From the NCBI GenBank assembly GCA_023140775.1, contig JAGLLA010000011.1:1-44180 (forward strand): a stretch of DNA of 44,180 nt, in the 5' to 3' direction. A program made the position numbers and the translations under genes. The notes under the pieces were generated by a model. That model did no database searches and was not told the origin of the DNA. It worked only from the letters and a program-made list of their open reading frames with translations. This DNA is from Candidatus Parcubacteria bacterium (GTDB taxonomy: Bacteria; Patescibacteriota; Minisyncoccia; JAHIHE01; JAGLIN01). Below are positions 18,325 through 27,367 of the stretch, one piece after another; position 1 is the stretch's first letter; the number at the start of each line of letters is the position of its first letter.

Positions 18325-21300
18325 GTGATAGGATGCTATGTGTTTATTAATGAAAAATATATAAACATGAAAAAGACGGTTTGTGACATTAAAGGTCAAA
18401 AGAAAAAAGAAGCAAAAAATGAATCTTTTTTCATTTTTAGTCCAAAATTTAACAAAACACTAAGTTCAAGACTGAGTAGTTTTTTATATTTCAATAAATC
18501 ATTTTCTTCTCAACATTTTGATTGCTGTTACTATAAAAAACAAAAGAATTCAAAGACTGTTCAGTATAATATTTCTGGAATGAAGAATAACAGAGTTCCA
18601 ACCATATCCACGCAGAGCTTTATACTAAAATCTCTTACTAGATCCATCTTAAATCTCAAATTAACTATAACGAAGCTTGAAGCTCACAAAAAAGCCACTG
18701 CTACTCTTCTTGCTTTTATTCTTATTTTTCAAACCATAAGCGGTGTTTTTTTTCCTCTTGATATCATAAATAAATTTGGGAACATAGCTGTTCATAAGGC
18801 AGATGCAGCATGGTATTCTGTTGGAGGAACATGGAGTTATCGAAAAGAAATTACAATTGACAGCACTAAAGTCTTGAACACTGATCAATTAAATTTTCCC
18901 ATTCTCATCTCTCACTCTGATTCCGCTCTTAAGCACACTTCTAATGGCGGGAAAGTGACAGACCTTGAAGGAGATGATATTATCTTTATCTCTTCTGATG
19001 GTAACACAAAACTGGATCATGAAATTGAAAAATATGACAACTCTACAGGAGAGATTGTTTCTTGGGTGAAAATTCCAACTCTTTCATCTTCAGCTGATAC
19101 AACGATCTATATTTACTATGCCAACTCAGCCATCACCACTTCTCAAGAAAACATCTCTAGTGTCTGGGATGATGGAGGAGCTGATAATTTCAAAATGGTT
19201 CAACATCTCAATGAAGACCCATCGGGCTCTGCCCCACAATCAACAGACTCGACTCAATATAATAATGATGGAACGTCAGGAGGAACGATGTTGACAGAAG
19301 ATCAAATTGCAGGACAAATTGACGGAAGTTTAGATTTTGATGGAAGTGATGATTATGTTGAATCAGATGATAGTGCTAGCTTAGATATTTCAGATGCTTT
19401 AACTATTAGCGCATGGATCAATTCAGATTCAATGACAAATGCTTATGACGATAGGCAAACCATTGCTACTAAAAGGCAATCTTATTATTTTGAATTAGAT
19501 GCTGGTGTGCCAATGATCTATTTATATGGTGTTGGAGGATGGTATTTAGCTACTTCGACATTATTGGCTAATAATTGGTATTATGTAACAGCAACTTACA
19601 GCGGTTCTCAAGTTGTTTTTTATGTCAATGGAATAAATGCTGGTAGCGATAATGTAAGTGGGACAATTGATCAAACTACTTATCCTTTGAGAATTGGATG
19701 GCTTGATAACGCTGTTGTTCCCAATAATAGATATTTTGATGGTCAAATCGATGAAGTCCGTATTTCTAACATCGCCCGTTCAGTAGACTGGATCACGACT
19801 GAATATAACAATCAATCACAACCAACAGAGTTTTATTCTCTTGGCATTGAAGAAAGTCAATCGCCAGTAGATCTTTCCGCCTGGTCATATAGAAAAGCAA
19901 TCACGATAGATAATACCAAAATTTCAGGTTCTACCAATTTAATCAACTTTCCATTTCTCATTGATCTTCCTACAGATGTAAATCTTCAAGCAAGCGCTCA
20001 AGTAGATGCAGATGACATTCTGTTTACCACAAGTGTCACAAATTGGTCATCTGCCACTCAAAATGACAAATTGGCTCATGAAATTGAAAGCTATATTTCT
20101 GCTACTGGAGAACTTCAAGTCTGGGTTAAACTCCCAGTTCTTGATTATAACGATGATACTATTATCTATATGTATTATGGCAACGCCAGTATCACTTCCC
20201 AACAAAACTCAACTGCAGTCTGGGGTTCAAATCAAAAAATGATTCAACATCTCAGCGCGGACCCATCGGGCTCTGCCCCACAGTCAACAGACTCAACTCA
20301 ATATAATAATAATGGAACGTCAGGAGGAACGATGCTGACAGAAGATCAAATCGCGGGACAAATTGACGGAAGTTTAGATTTTGATGGAGTGGATGATTAT
20401 GTTGATTTATCAGACTACGGGAGTCGATCAGGATTTAACACTTCCACTGGTGCAATTGAGATGTGGTTTAATCCCACAGGAGATGGTTATTTTAGTCAGC
20501 TGCTAAATTTTAGAAAAACCAGTATTCGGGACTTTATTATTGTTAGAGAAATAAATGAATCATATATTAGATTTTTCGGCGAAATTGATGATGTTGTTCA
20601 ATTTGATCTATCGACACCAGCTGGTTCAATTTCGGCAGGTAATTGGAGTCATTTTGTCTTTCAACAAACAGGCTCAGGAATTGAAGTTTATATTAACGGG
20701 GAAAGACAAACATTAATTGGTTCGGGAGAAAGCGCCACAATGTGGCTGGCAGATGTTTTTCCCGCATCACAAGATTTTACAATTGGTCATCATGGTTCTT
20801 GGCAGGATGGGGTTGGTACAGCATATTTTAATGGCCAGATCGACGAAGTTCGCATTTCAAACACGATTCGTGGCACGGATTGGATTTTAACAGAGTATAA
20901 TAATCAAAGCTTAGCTTCGTCATTTTCTACTCTTTCGATAGAACAGGTTTATGAAATCGCTATCACTGGAAGCGCAGTTCAAACAGCAGGACTAAGTCAA
21001 ACTATTACTATTACCGCTAAAGACGCAGAATCTAGCGTTATTGCCAATTTCACAGGAGATAAGTCAGTCATTTTTTCTGGTGCCAATGATTCACCAAATT
21101 CTACCGCACCAACTTGTACCGATAAAGATGCAGTGGATATTGATTTTGGATCTGCAACAATTTTGACTTTCACTAATGGAGTTGCTACATGCGATTTGAA
21201 ATTATACAAAGATGAAATTGCCACCATTACTACGAATATTAATTATGTGACGGACACTAATTTGGACATCACAGTTTCTCCAGCAGCTCTTGAGAACTTT

Positions 21301-22239
21301 TTTATTGATGTTCCAGAAAACGCTAATTATGGAGTTGCGTTTCCGATAACCATAACAGCAAGAGACATCTACCAAAATACAACTACAAATGTTTCAGGAA
21401 ACATTACTTTTAGTGTTGATCAAAATGGAACAATTATACCATCTACAGTCGCCAATACTAATTTCACTGATGATGGAACTCATACAGATAATTTCACAAT
21501 CACCAATATTAATGGACAATCTTCTGTTACTATCATTGTTGCAAATGAAAGTTCCACGGGGACAGATAATATTTTAATTTTAGTAGCAGCTGGTGGAGTA
21601 ATCGTTAGACCGACTCCTCCAATAATTAATTCTAATTTTGGACTTCCTTCTATTCAAATAATACAAACAGATGGCAAAAAAATCTTAATTTCTAATGTTC
21701 AAAATTCTTATCAAATGGCCATCTCCACGACCTTAGATTTTCAGAATGTTTCTTGGGAGCCATATAGAAAGGAAAAAGAATTAAACTTCTCTTCAGGTAT
21801 CACAAAGCTATATGTTAAATTCAGATCAATTACTGGCGGAGAAACAAAAGTAATTGAGAAAGAAATAATCCAAAATTTTGAGTCAGAAAAACTTCTCGAT
21901 GGCGATATTATCAGAATAGAAAATGATTATAAAATATATGTTAAAAAAGGAGATTATCTCAGACATATTCCGAATCCAATAGTATTTAGTTTTTATAATC
22001 ATTTAAAGTGGAACAAAATAGTAACTATAACACAACAACAATTCAATCAATTCAAAATTTCAAATCTAGTCAGAGAATTAAACGACAACAAGGTTTATGA
22101 AACAAGAGATAGTAAAACAAAGCACTGGCTTAATGTTTTAGTAGAACAATTTGTACGTCCTAACAGGTCCTGGGATATGGTTTATATTGTCAATAATAGG
22201 GAAAGAGATTTTTATGATATTGGAGTGGATGTAAAGTAG
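18325..22239 (+). CDS. Large surface protein: 2x(DUF2341 + LamG/ConA-like), Ig-like domains, C-terminal repeat domain; true start probably downstream (e.g. ATG 18580)
   Basis: WSYRK.ITID.TK, L.HEIE, WVK.P.L, IY.YY.N twice; GSLDFDG.DDYV...FDG.IDEVRISN twice; hydrophobic N-terminal segment. Confidence 0.85.
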   Translation: MIGCYVFINEKYINMKKTVCDIKGQKKKEAKNESFFIFSPKFNKTLSSRLSSFLYFNKSFSSQHFDCCYYKKQKNSKTVQYNISGMKNNRVPTISTQSFILKSLTRSILNLKLTITKLEAHKKATATLLAFILIFQTISGVFFPLDIINKFGNIAVHKADAAWYSVGGTWSYRKEITIDSTKVLNTDQLNFPILISHSDSALKHTSNGGKVTDLEGDDIIFISSDGNTKLDHEIEKYDNSTGEIVSWVKIPTLSSSADTTIYIYYANSAITTSQENISSVWDDGGADNFKMVQHLNEDPSGSAPQSTDSTQYNNDGTSGGTMLTEDQIAGQIDGSLDFDGSDDYVESDDSASLDISDALTISAWINSDSMTNAYDDRQTIATKRQSYYFELDAGVPMIYLYGVGGWYLATSTLLANNWYYVTATYSGSQVVFYVNGINAGSDNVSGTIDQTTYPLRIGWLDNAVVPNNRYFDGQIDEVRISNIARSVDWITTEYNNQSQPTEFYSLGIEESQSPVDLSAWSYRKAITIDNTKISGSTNLINFPFLIDLPTDVNLQASAQVDADDILFTTSVTNWSSATQNDKLAHEIESYISATGELQVWVKLPVLDYNDDTIIYMYYGNASITSQQNSTAVWGSNQKMIQHLSADPSGSAPQSTDSTQYNNNGTSGGTMLTEDQIAGQIDGSLDFDGVDDYVDLSDYGSRSGFNTSTGAIEMWFNPTGDGYFSQLLNFRKTSIRDFIIVREINESYIRFFGEIDDVVQFDLSTPAGSISAGNWSHFVFQQTGSGIEVYINGERQTLIGSGESATMWLADVFPASQDFTIGHHGSWQDGVGTAYFNGQIDEVRISNTIRGTDWILTEYNNQSLASSFSTLSIEQVYEIAITGSAVQTAGLSQTITITAKDAESSVIANFTGDKSVIFSGANDSPNSTAPTCTDKDAVDIDFGSATILTFTNGVATCDLKLYKDEIATITTNINYVTDTNLDITVSPAALENFFIDVPENANYGVAFPITITARDIYQNTTTNVSGNITFSVDQNGTIIPSTVANTNFTDDGTHTDNFTITNINGQSSVTIIVANESSTGTDNILILVAAGGVIVRPTPPIINSNFGLPSIQIIQTDGKKILISNVQNSYQMAISTTLDFQNVSWEPYRKEKELNFSSGITKLYVKFRSITGGETKVIEKEIIQNFESEKLLDGDIIRIENDYKIYVKKGDYLRHIPNPIVFSFYNHLKWNKIVTITQQQFNQFKISNLVRELNDNKVYETRDSKTKHWLNVLVEQFVRPNRSWDMVYIVNNRERDFYDIGVDVK
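19192..19361 (+). repeat. Internal repeat copy 1 in the DUF2341 gene
   Basis: About 170 nt, roughly 14 mismatches versus 20236-20405 (hand count), offset 1044 nt. Confidence 0.9.
20236..20405 (+). repeat. Internal repeat copy 2 in the DUF2341 gene
   Basis: Encodes DPSGSAPQSTDSTQYNN.GTSGGTMLTEDQIAGQIDGSLDFDG as in copy 1. Confidence 0.9.
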
Positions 22240-22396
22240 TGGGGTATATATAGAGATTACTATGATATATCTTGATTAAAAGAATATATTTTTCGCTACT
22301 GATCTTAAATATATACTATATCTTATTTGCAAGTGAGTAAAAACTTATAGCGCGGTAATTGAATTAAATCAATGAGATGTTAATCTGTCTTTTTTT

Positions 22397-22445
22397 ATTG
22401 GCAAAAAGATTGATTTATTGTAAACTGAGACTATATGAAAAAAAT
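22397..22445 (+). repeat. Direct repeat copy 2: tsaC promoter and start
   Basis: TTGGCA-N17-TAAACT, then 8 nt to the tsaC ATG. Confidence 0.8.
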
Positions 22446-23082
22446 AAATTTAGATATAAATGACATTGAAAAAGTGACTAGCACTGCCTCTGAGGTTTTA
22501 AAAAGTGGCGGTGTCATTATTTTTCCAACTGATACCATTTATGGAATGGGGGCAAACGCTTTTGACGAAGAGACAATTGAGAAGGTAAAAAAGATCAAAG
22601 ATCGTGAGAATGAAAAACCTCTGTCAATATTTGTGAAAGATATAAGGTCGGCACGAAGAATTGCCTGTATTGATTTAAATATTGAGAAAATATTAGATAA
22701 CATCTGGCCAGGACCAATCACTGTTGTTTTGAGAAAAAAAGATATTGTGCCTTATTCCTTAACTGGAAATGGAGAAACTGTTGCGATTCGAATTCCTCAA
22801 AATGATTTTGTTTTGAAATTATTAAAGAAAGTAGATTTTCCAATTATAGCAACAAGCGCAAATATATCAGGTGAAAAAAATTTATTCAGTGCAGATGAAA
22901 TTATGCAAGAATTTTCCAAGAGCAAACCTAATCCTGACTTATTCGTCAGCTCAGGAGACATTCAAGACATTCAAGCTTCAACGATCGTAGATCTGACAAC
23001 TACAATTCCAAAGATCATAAGAATGGGAATTGTCGGAAAAGAAAATATGCAGAATTTTTTTAATAAATTTAATATCAACTAG
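22435..23082 (+). CDS. tsaC: L-threonylcarbamoyladenylate synthase (Sua5/YrdC)
   Basis: PTDTIYG, K.R...KPL, WPGP.T, AIRIP, TSANISG, STIVD. Confidence 0.95.
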   Translation: MKKINLDINDIEKVTSTASEVLKSGGVIIFPTDTIYGMGANAFDEETIEKVKKIKDRENEKPLSIFVKDIRSARRIACIDLNIEKILDNIWPGPITVVLRKKDIVPYSLTGNGETVAIRIPQNDFVLKLLKKVDFPIIATSANISGEKNLFSADEIMQEFSKSKPNPDLFVSSGDIQDIQASTIVDLTTTIPKIIRMGIVGKENMQNFFNKFNIN

Positions 23083-23085
23083 TCT

Positions 23086-24285
23086 ATGTCTAATTATTTT
23101 CTCGATCATTATTTGAAACACACTCTCAGACATGAAATCACAGAGCTCTATGCTTCGGTTGCAATTAAAAATTTTGCATTCTCAATGGTTACAATATTTG
23201 AACCAATATATCTTTACACTTTGTATGGTTCATTGTCAATTGTGTTCGCGTATTATGCAATTGCTTATACTCTTTATTTCTTTACGGCTTCTTTTGGGGC
23301 AAAAGCTGCTGCAAAGTATGGTTTTGAACATTGTATATTTTATAGTATTCCATTCGGAATTTTATACTTCTTGACACTTTCTCAGTTAGTCAATTATCCT
23401 TGGTTGGCATTTGTCGCTATAATTTTTATGGTTGTCTATAAAACATTTTTTTGGCCTTCCTATCATACCGATTTTGCTCATTATGGAGCCTCTGGATACA
23501 AAGGAAGGGAATTAAGCGTTCTGACCTTTATTCTGACAATCGCAACAATTTTAGGTCCGATTATTGGAGGAATAATTTTGGTTAATTTTGGTTTTCAAGT
23601 GCTTTTTGTTGTTGTCTCTTTGATAAGTTTAGTCTCGGCTATACCTCTATTTGCAACTCGTGAGCAATTTGAGCCACATAATTTTTCGTATAGGGACTCT
23701 TTTAAACGATTCTTAAAACCTTATGGGCACTACAAGAGAAAAGATTCAATTGCTTATTTTGGTTTTGGAGAAGAAGTGATTGCCTCAATCGGGTGGCCAA
23801 TTTTTATTTTTCTTATCATTGAAAAGTTTGATTTGATAGGAGTTTTGATCAGTACGATTGCAATTATAATTGCCATTGTGTCTTTGTATGTCGGAAAGTT
23901 ATCTGACGTTTTGCCAAAAAAAGATAAGAAGAAATTAGTTGCTTATGGAACGATTGTCTATGTGATCTCTTGGATCTTAAGACCTTTTTCTGCAAATTGG
24001 CTGGGAGTGCTCTTAGTAGATATTATGTCAAAGGGCTCAAAAACAACTATTAATTATCCTTTGTATACTTTTATATATAGCGCGGGAAAAAATCATAAAG
24101 GTTTTTTGAAATATAATATGTTCTATGAAATGTCATTATCGGCTGGAAAAGCGCTTGCGGCTTGGAGCGTTGCCTTGATCGCGCTAGTTTGGGGCTATTA
24201 TGGAAATTTTGACTTTTGGATCGTAGCCTTTTCTTTTGCTGGAATTTGGTCATCGTTATATCTTTTTAAATTTTATAAGTCTTAA
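23086..24285 (+). CDS. MFS transporter
   Basis: About 12 TM helices; LGPIIGG, GKLSD motifs. Confidence 0.85.
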   Translation: MSNYFLDHYLKHTLRHEITELYASVAIKNFAFSMVTIFEPIYLYTLYGSLSIVFAYYAIAYTLYFFTASFGAKAAAKYGFEHCIFYSIPFGILYFLTLSQLVNYPWLAFVAIIFMVVYKTFFWPSYHTDFAHYGASGYKGRELSVLTFILTIATILGPIIGGIILVNFGFQVLFVVVSLISLVSAIPLFATREQFEPHNFSYRDSFKRFLKPYGHYKRKDSIAYFGFGEEVIASIGWPIFIFLIIEKFDLIGVLISTIAIIIAIVSLYVGKLSDVLPKKDKKKLVAYGTIVYVISWILRPFSANWLGVLLVDIMSKGSKTTINYPLYTFIYSAGKNHKGFLKYNMFYEMSLSAGKALAAWSVALIALVWGYYGNFDFWIVAFSFAGIWSSLYLFKFYKS

Positions 24286-25088
24286 TGGAAATTATTCAAT
24301 CGATTATTTTAGGATTTGTTCAAGGGCTTGCTGAATTTTTACCGATTTCAAGTTCTGCTCATTTGATTTTAAGCTCAAGGCTTTTTAACTGGCAAGATCA
24401 AGGACTGTCTTTTGATGTAGCCTTGCATCTTGGAACATTGATCGCAGTACTAGTGTATTTTAGGAAGGATTGGTATGATATAATTGTAAACTCATATCTG
24501 GTAAAAAATTTACGAAGTTTAAAGTTCAAGACAAAAGAACTAAAATTAGATATATTTTTTATCATTATTGCTGCCACAATTCCAGGTGTTTTTGCAGGTC
24601 TTGTTTTGAATGATTATGCTACAAATATTTTTCGTAATCCAGCTCTGATTGCCATGACCTTATCAATTGGTGCCTTGCTTCTGTTTTATTCTGATAGGGT
24701 TGGAATAAAAAAAGAAAATTTCACAGCATTAACCTTGAAAGCTGGGATTGTAATCGGTCTTTTTCAGGCCTTGGCGATTATTCCTGGAGTTTCTCGTAGT
24801 GGGATCACGATTACAGCGGCACTTCTCTTAGGTCTCTCCAGAACTGCCTCAGCGCGATTTTCATTTTTACTTTCTACGCCAATAATTCTGGGGGCGGGTA
24901 TTATGGAATTTCCAAATTTAATCAAAGAAGGTATTGATATTAGCATTTTAATTGGCATTATGACGGCGGCAATTAGTGGATATTTGGCAATCAAGTATAT
25001 GATTCGGTATGTTGAAAATAGAAGTTATAATATTTTTGTAGGATATAGAATAGTCTTGGCTATTTTTATATTATTTTTTCTATTGTAG
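24285..25088 (+). CDS. uppP: Undecaprenyl-diphosphate phosphatase
   Basis: QGLAEFLPISSSAH, PGVSRSGIT, ARFSFLL. Confidence 0.96.
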   Translation: MEIIQSIILGFVQGLAEFLPISSSAHLILSSRLFNWQDQGLSFDVALHLGTLIAVLVYFRKDWYDIIVNSYLVKNLRSLKFKTKELKLDIFFIIIAATIPGVFAGLVLNDYATNIFRNPALIAMTLSIGALLLFYSDRVGIKKENFTALTLKAGIVIGLFQALAIIPGVSRSGITITAALLLGLSRTASARFSFLLSTPIILGAGIMEFPNLIKEGIDISILIGIMTAAISGYLAIKYMIRYVENRSYNIFVGYRIVLAIFILFFLL

Positions 25089-25110
25089 TTTTTGTTCCAA
25101 GAGATATGAA

Positions 25111-25142
25111 AAAAGAAGTTGAATGGAAATTCAACTTCTTTT
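25111..25142. terminator. Bidirectional intrinsic terminator between convergent genes
   Basis: Perfect 14-bp inverted repeat AAAAGAAGTTGAAT-GGAA-ATTCAACTTCTTTT. Confidence 0.85.
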
Positions 25143-25176
25143 AAATTGCGCTTAGTGCTTTTTATATAGTACTGCT

Positions 25177-26148
25177 TTATATACTTTCCCAAGTCGAGGA
25201 TTCGACATTCACATCAATATTGGCGCGATTGTCTTTTATGATTCTTCTCACTTTTCCATTAAAAACAAATCCGTCGGTCATATCTGCGCTTTCAATGAAA
25301 GCTCCATAAAATTTGAAGGGGGCGATCTCTTGACTTCCCAGAATTGCAACTGGGTCAAATTTTTTCTTGAGCTCCATTTTTTCAGAATATATTTCAAATA
25401 ATTCCCAAAGATTTTTTTCTGTCTCTGTCTCTGGTTCAATGACATTTAATCCAAGGTCAGATGCTTCATCTCTGGTGATAGGGTAGCCATGAATACAAAT
25501 GTCACCAGTGATCTCGTTGACAATGTTGGCGATTTTTTCTTTGTCATTGATTGCATCAAAATGCATCAAGAGAAGTTTTTGAGTGATTTGTTTTGCCATC
25601 CTGGTAGCGCGATAAGCATTTCCAAGTGAAAGAGGATGGATCTTTGTGGTTAGATCTTCAAAGACATTAACCATCTGATCATCCTTGACGCCAGCTTTTT
25701 CTTTGGCAAGGAGAAAATAGGAATTCAGATCTTCTACGCTAATTTCCATTTTTTGATTTTTATTCAAAGGGTTTTCAGGATTAAAAGGATGTCCCGTAGA
25801 GGGATCAACTGGACTAAGTTCACCAAGTTTACCCATGACGATCTTGTCTGCTCCAATTGAAATCAAGGTGCCAGCACTATGAGCGCGATAGGGGATAAGC
25901 ATTTCAATTTCATCAGCATAACTTCTGATCAGCTTGATAAGTCTGATTGGAGTAATCATATCTCCACCTCTGGTGTATAGAAATAAACTGATCTTATTTT
26001 GTTTGCCAATCTTTTCTAAATGTTTGGCAAAGATCGGAATAATATCATCTGCCACTTTTGTGACGAATGGTTGTCTGTCGCCAGTGACATAAGTGATAAC
26101 TTTTGAATTCCGCTCTTTTTCAATTTTGCTTATTAAATTTTGAGTCAT
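25177..26148 (-). CDS. SDH-family ClpP-fold serine proteinase (DUF114-like)
   Basis: L.T.GG, AHSAGTLI, LSPVDP, HGYPI.R.EA..LGL. Confidence 0.85.
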   Translation of the reverse strand: MTQNLISKIEKERNSKVITYVTGDRQPFVTKVADDIIPIFAKHLEKIGKQNKISLFLYTRGGDMITPIRLIKLIRSYADEIEMLIPYRAHSAGTLISIGADKIVMGKLGELSPVDPSTGHPFNPENPLNKNQKMEISVEDLNSYFLLAKEKAGVKDDQMVNVFEDLTTKIHPLSLGNAYRATRMAKQITQKLLLMHFDAINDKEKIANIVNEITGDICIHGYPITRDEASDLGLNVIEPETETEKNLWELFEIYSEKMELKKKFDPVAILGSQEIAPFKFYGAFIESADMTDGFVFNGKVRRIIKDNRANIDVNVESSTWESI

Positions 26149-26185
26149 ATGTTTTTAGTTATTATTAAATTTTATAAATAAAATT

Positions 26186-26238
26186 TGTCATCCTGAACAA
26201 TGTCATGCTGAATTTATTTCAGTATTGATTCAGGATCT
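26186..26238. repeat. Nested REP-like palindrome
   Basis: TGTCATCCTGAAC..TGATTCAGGATCT with TGTCATGCTGAATTTATTTCAGTAT in its loop. Confidence 0.8.
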
Positions 26239-26370
26239 TTTATCGATAATAAGTTAGGCTGTTTTATTAATTACATTACTGCAATTAACCTCCTATTCTT
26301 AATAACTTAACATTTTTAGACATAAATTGCAAAGTTTCGATTATATTAAAAAGAGAAATATGAATAATTA

Positions 26371-26410
26371 CTCCCTCCCTGATAAGGGAGGGGAGGGTTG
26401 GGGTGGGTTT
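26371..26410. repeat. GC-rich REP-like palindrome
   Basis: CTCCCT-gata-AGGGAG then GGGAGGGTTGGGGTGGG. Confidence 0.65.
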
Positions 26411-26505
26411 GAAATTTCGCAAAACAATAAATTACATCAAGTTTAGAAACCTTTTTTTATTCTATTTGATGTATTAAAGATTGTAAATATGCAAAAAATA
26501 TACTT

Positions 26506-26631
26506 TGTCATTCTGAATTTATTTCAGAATCTATCATCTGCTACCACTAATTTTGTGATTTATAGGTTAATATAACCTATACTCCAAAAGATTCTGAATC
26601 AATACTGAAATATATTCAGCATGACATTGTT
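26506..26631. repeat. Inverted REP-like doublet
   Basis: TGTCATTCTGAATTTATTTCAGAATCT (26506-26532); 26589-26631 is the reverse complement of 26196-26238 with 2 mismatches in 43 nt. Confidence 0.8.
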
Positions 26632-26654
26632 AATTTCTAATTCCATCATCCCAC

Positions 26655-26789
26655 TGTCATTTTCGACAGAGCGATAGCGACGATAAATCTATACACTAGC
26701 TAAAACTCTTCACGATTTAAATAGTTTTTCAGCCCAAGATTGATGAGCCTTGGGCTTATAAACCCCTTAATCCCCCTTGTTAGGGGGAA
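26655..26789. repeat. Three further short palindromic elements of different types
   Basis: TGTCATTTTCGACAGAGCGATAGCGACGATAAATCT; AGCCCAAG..CTTGGGCT; TCCCCCT-tgtt-AGGGGGA. Confidence 0.6.
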
Positions 26790-26841
26790 ATAGTGAGACT
26801 TGTCTAGTTTACAGATCGAGATAAAAAAAATTTTAGATTAT

Positions 26842-27208
26842 AAAAAAACAGGCCTTGATGCCTTTTTGGGATAATGAGAAATTGAGATTAAAAGAGGACG
26901 AAGTTGATGTATTATTTAAAGTTTACATCGACATATGCCTTGTTTCGTCCTCATTTGTTATTTTGTCATATGACACTTCCTTCATAGCTCTAGGCTATGA
27001 TTTTTTGCAATTGCGCAATTTGCGCTCTGCGGCCGGTGTACTGGTGATCAGAAATTGGTCTTATAATCTATTTTGCATTTTCTGAAATCTTTTGTATCTA
27101 TTTTCATTGTTACTTATTCCTCTCGAATCTAATACACCTTAGTGCAATTTTGTAGATTCTATATTTTAAAGTCCTGTCTTTCTAGCAAAAACTAGAAATC
27201 GACTTTAC
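26842..27208 (-). ncRNA. Putative structured ncRNA, unit A (about 365 nt)
   Basis: Own promoter 27214-27242; series of hairpins; terminator AGGC-atcaag-GCCTGTTTTTTT; no ORF over about 20 aa noticed on this strand. Confidence 0.55.
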
Positions 27209-27213
27209 TAAAT

Positions 27214-27242
27214 AATCTATCACGATATCGAAATCTTGTCAA
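27214..27242 (-). promoter_or_regulatory. sigma70 promoter of unit A
   Basis: TTGACA-N17-TAGATT with TGA extension; TTATGCACA at 27260-27268. Confidence 0.7.
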
Positions 27243-27367
27243 CCCCTATTCAGAAAAACTTATGCACATCACAAAACTTTACATAATCAATAAAAGTACT
27301 AGAATAAGGAATATGGTTGTGAATAGAAAATTATTTTGAATTTTTATAGGAAATAAAAAAAGTAATT

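Noticed and set aside
19192-20405. DGR template/variable repeat pair
   Set aside because: Both copies are in-frame coding, several mismatches are not at adenines, and no reverse transcriptase is in the window
26186-26789. CRISPR array
   Set aside because: Repeats differ in type and orientation with no regular spacing; no cas genes
26855-27085. 76-aa + strand ORF
   Set aside because: Starts inside a minus-strand terminator, has no recognisable motif, and overlaps the better-supported unit A
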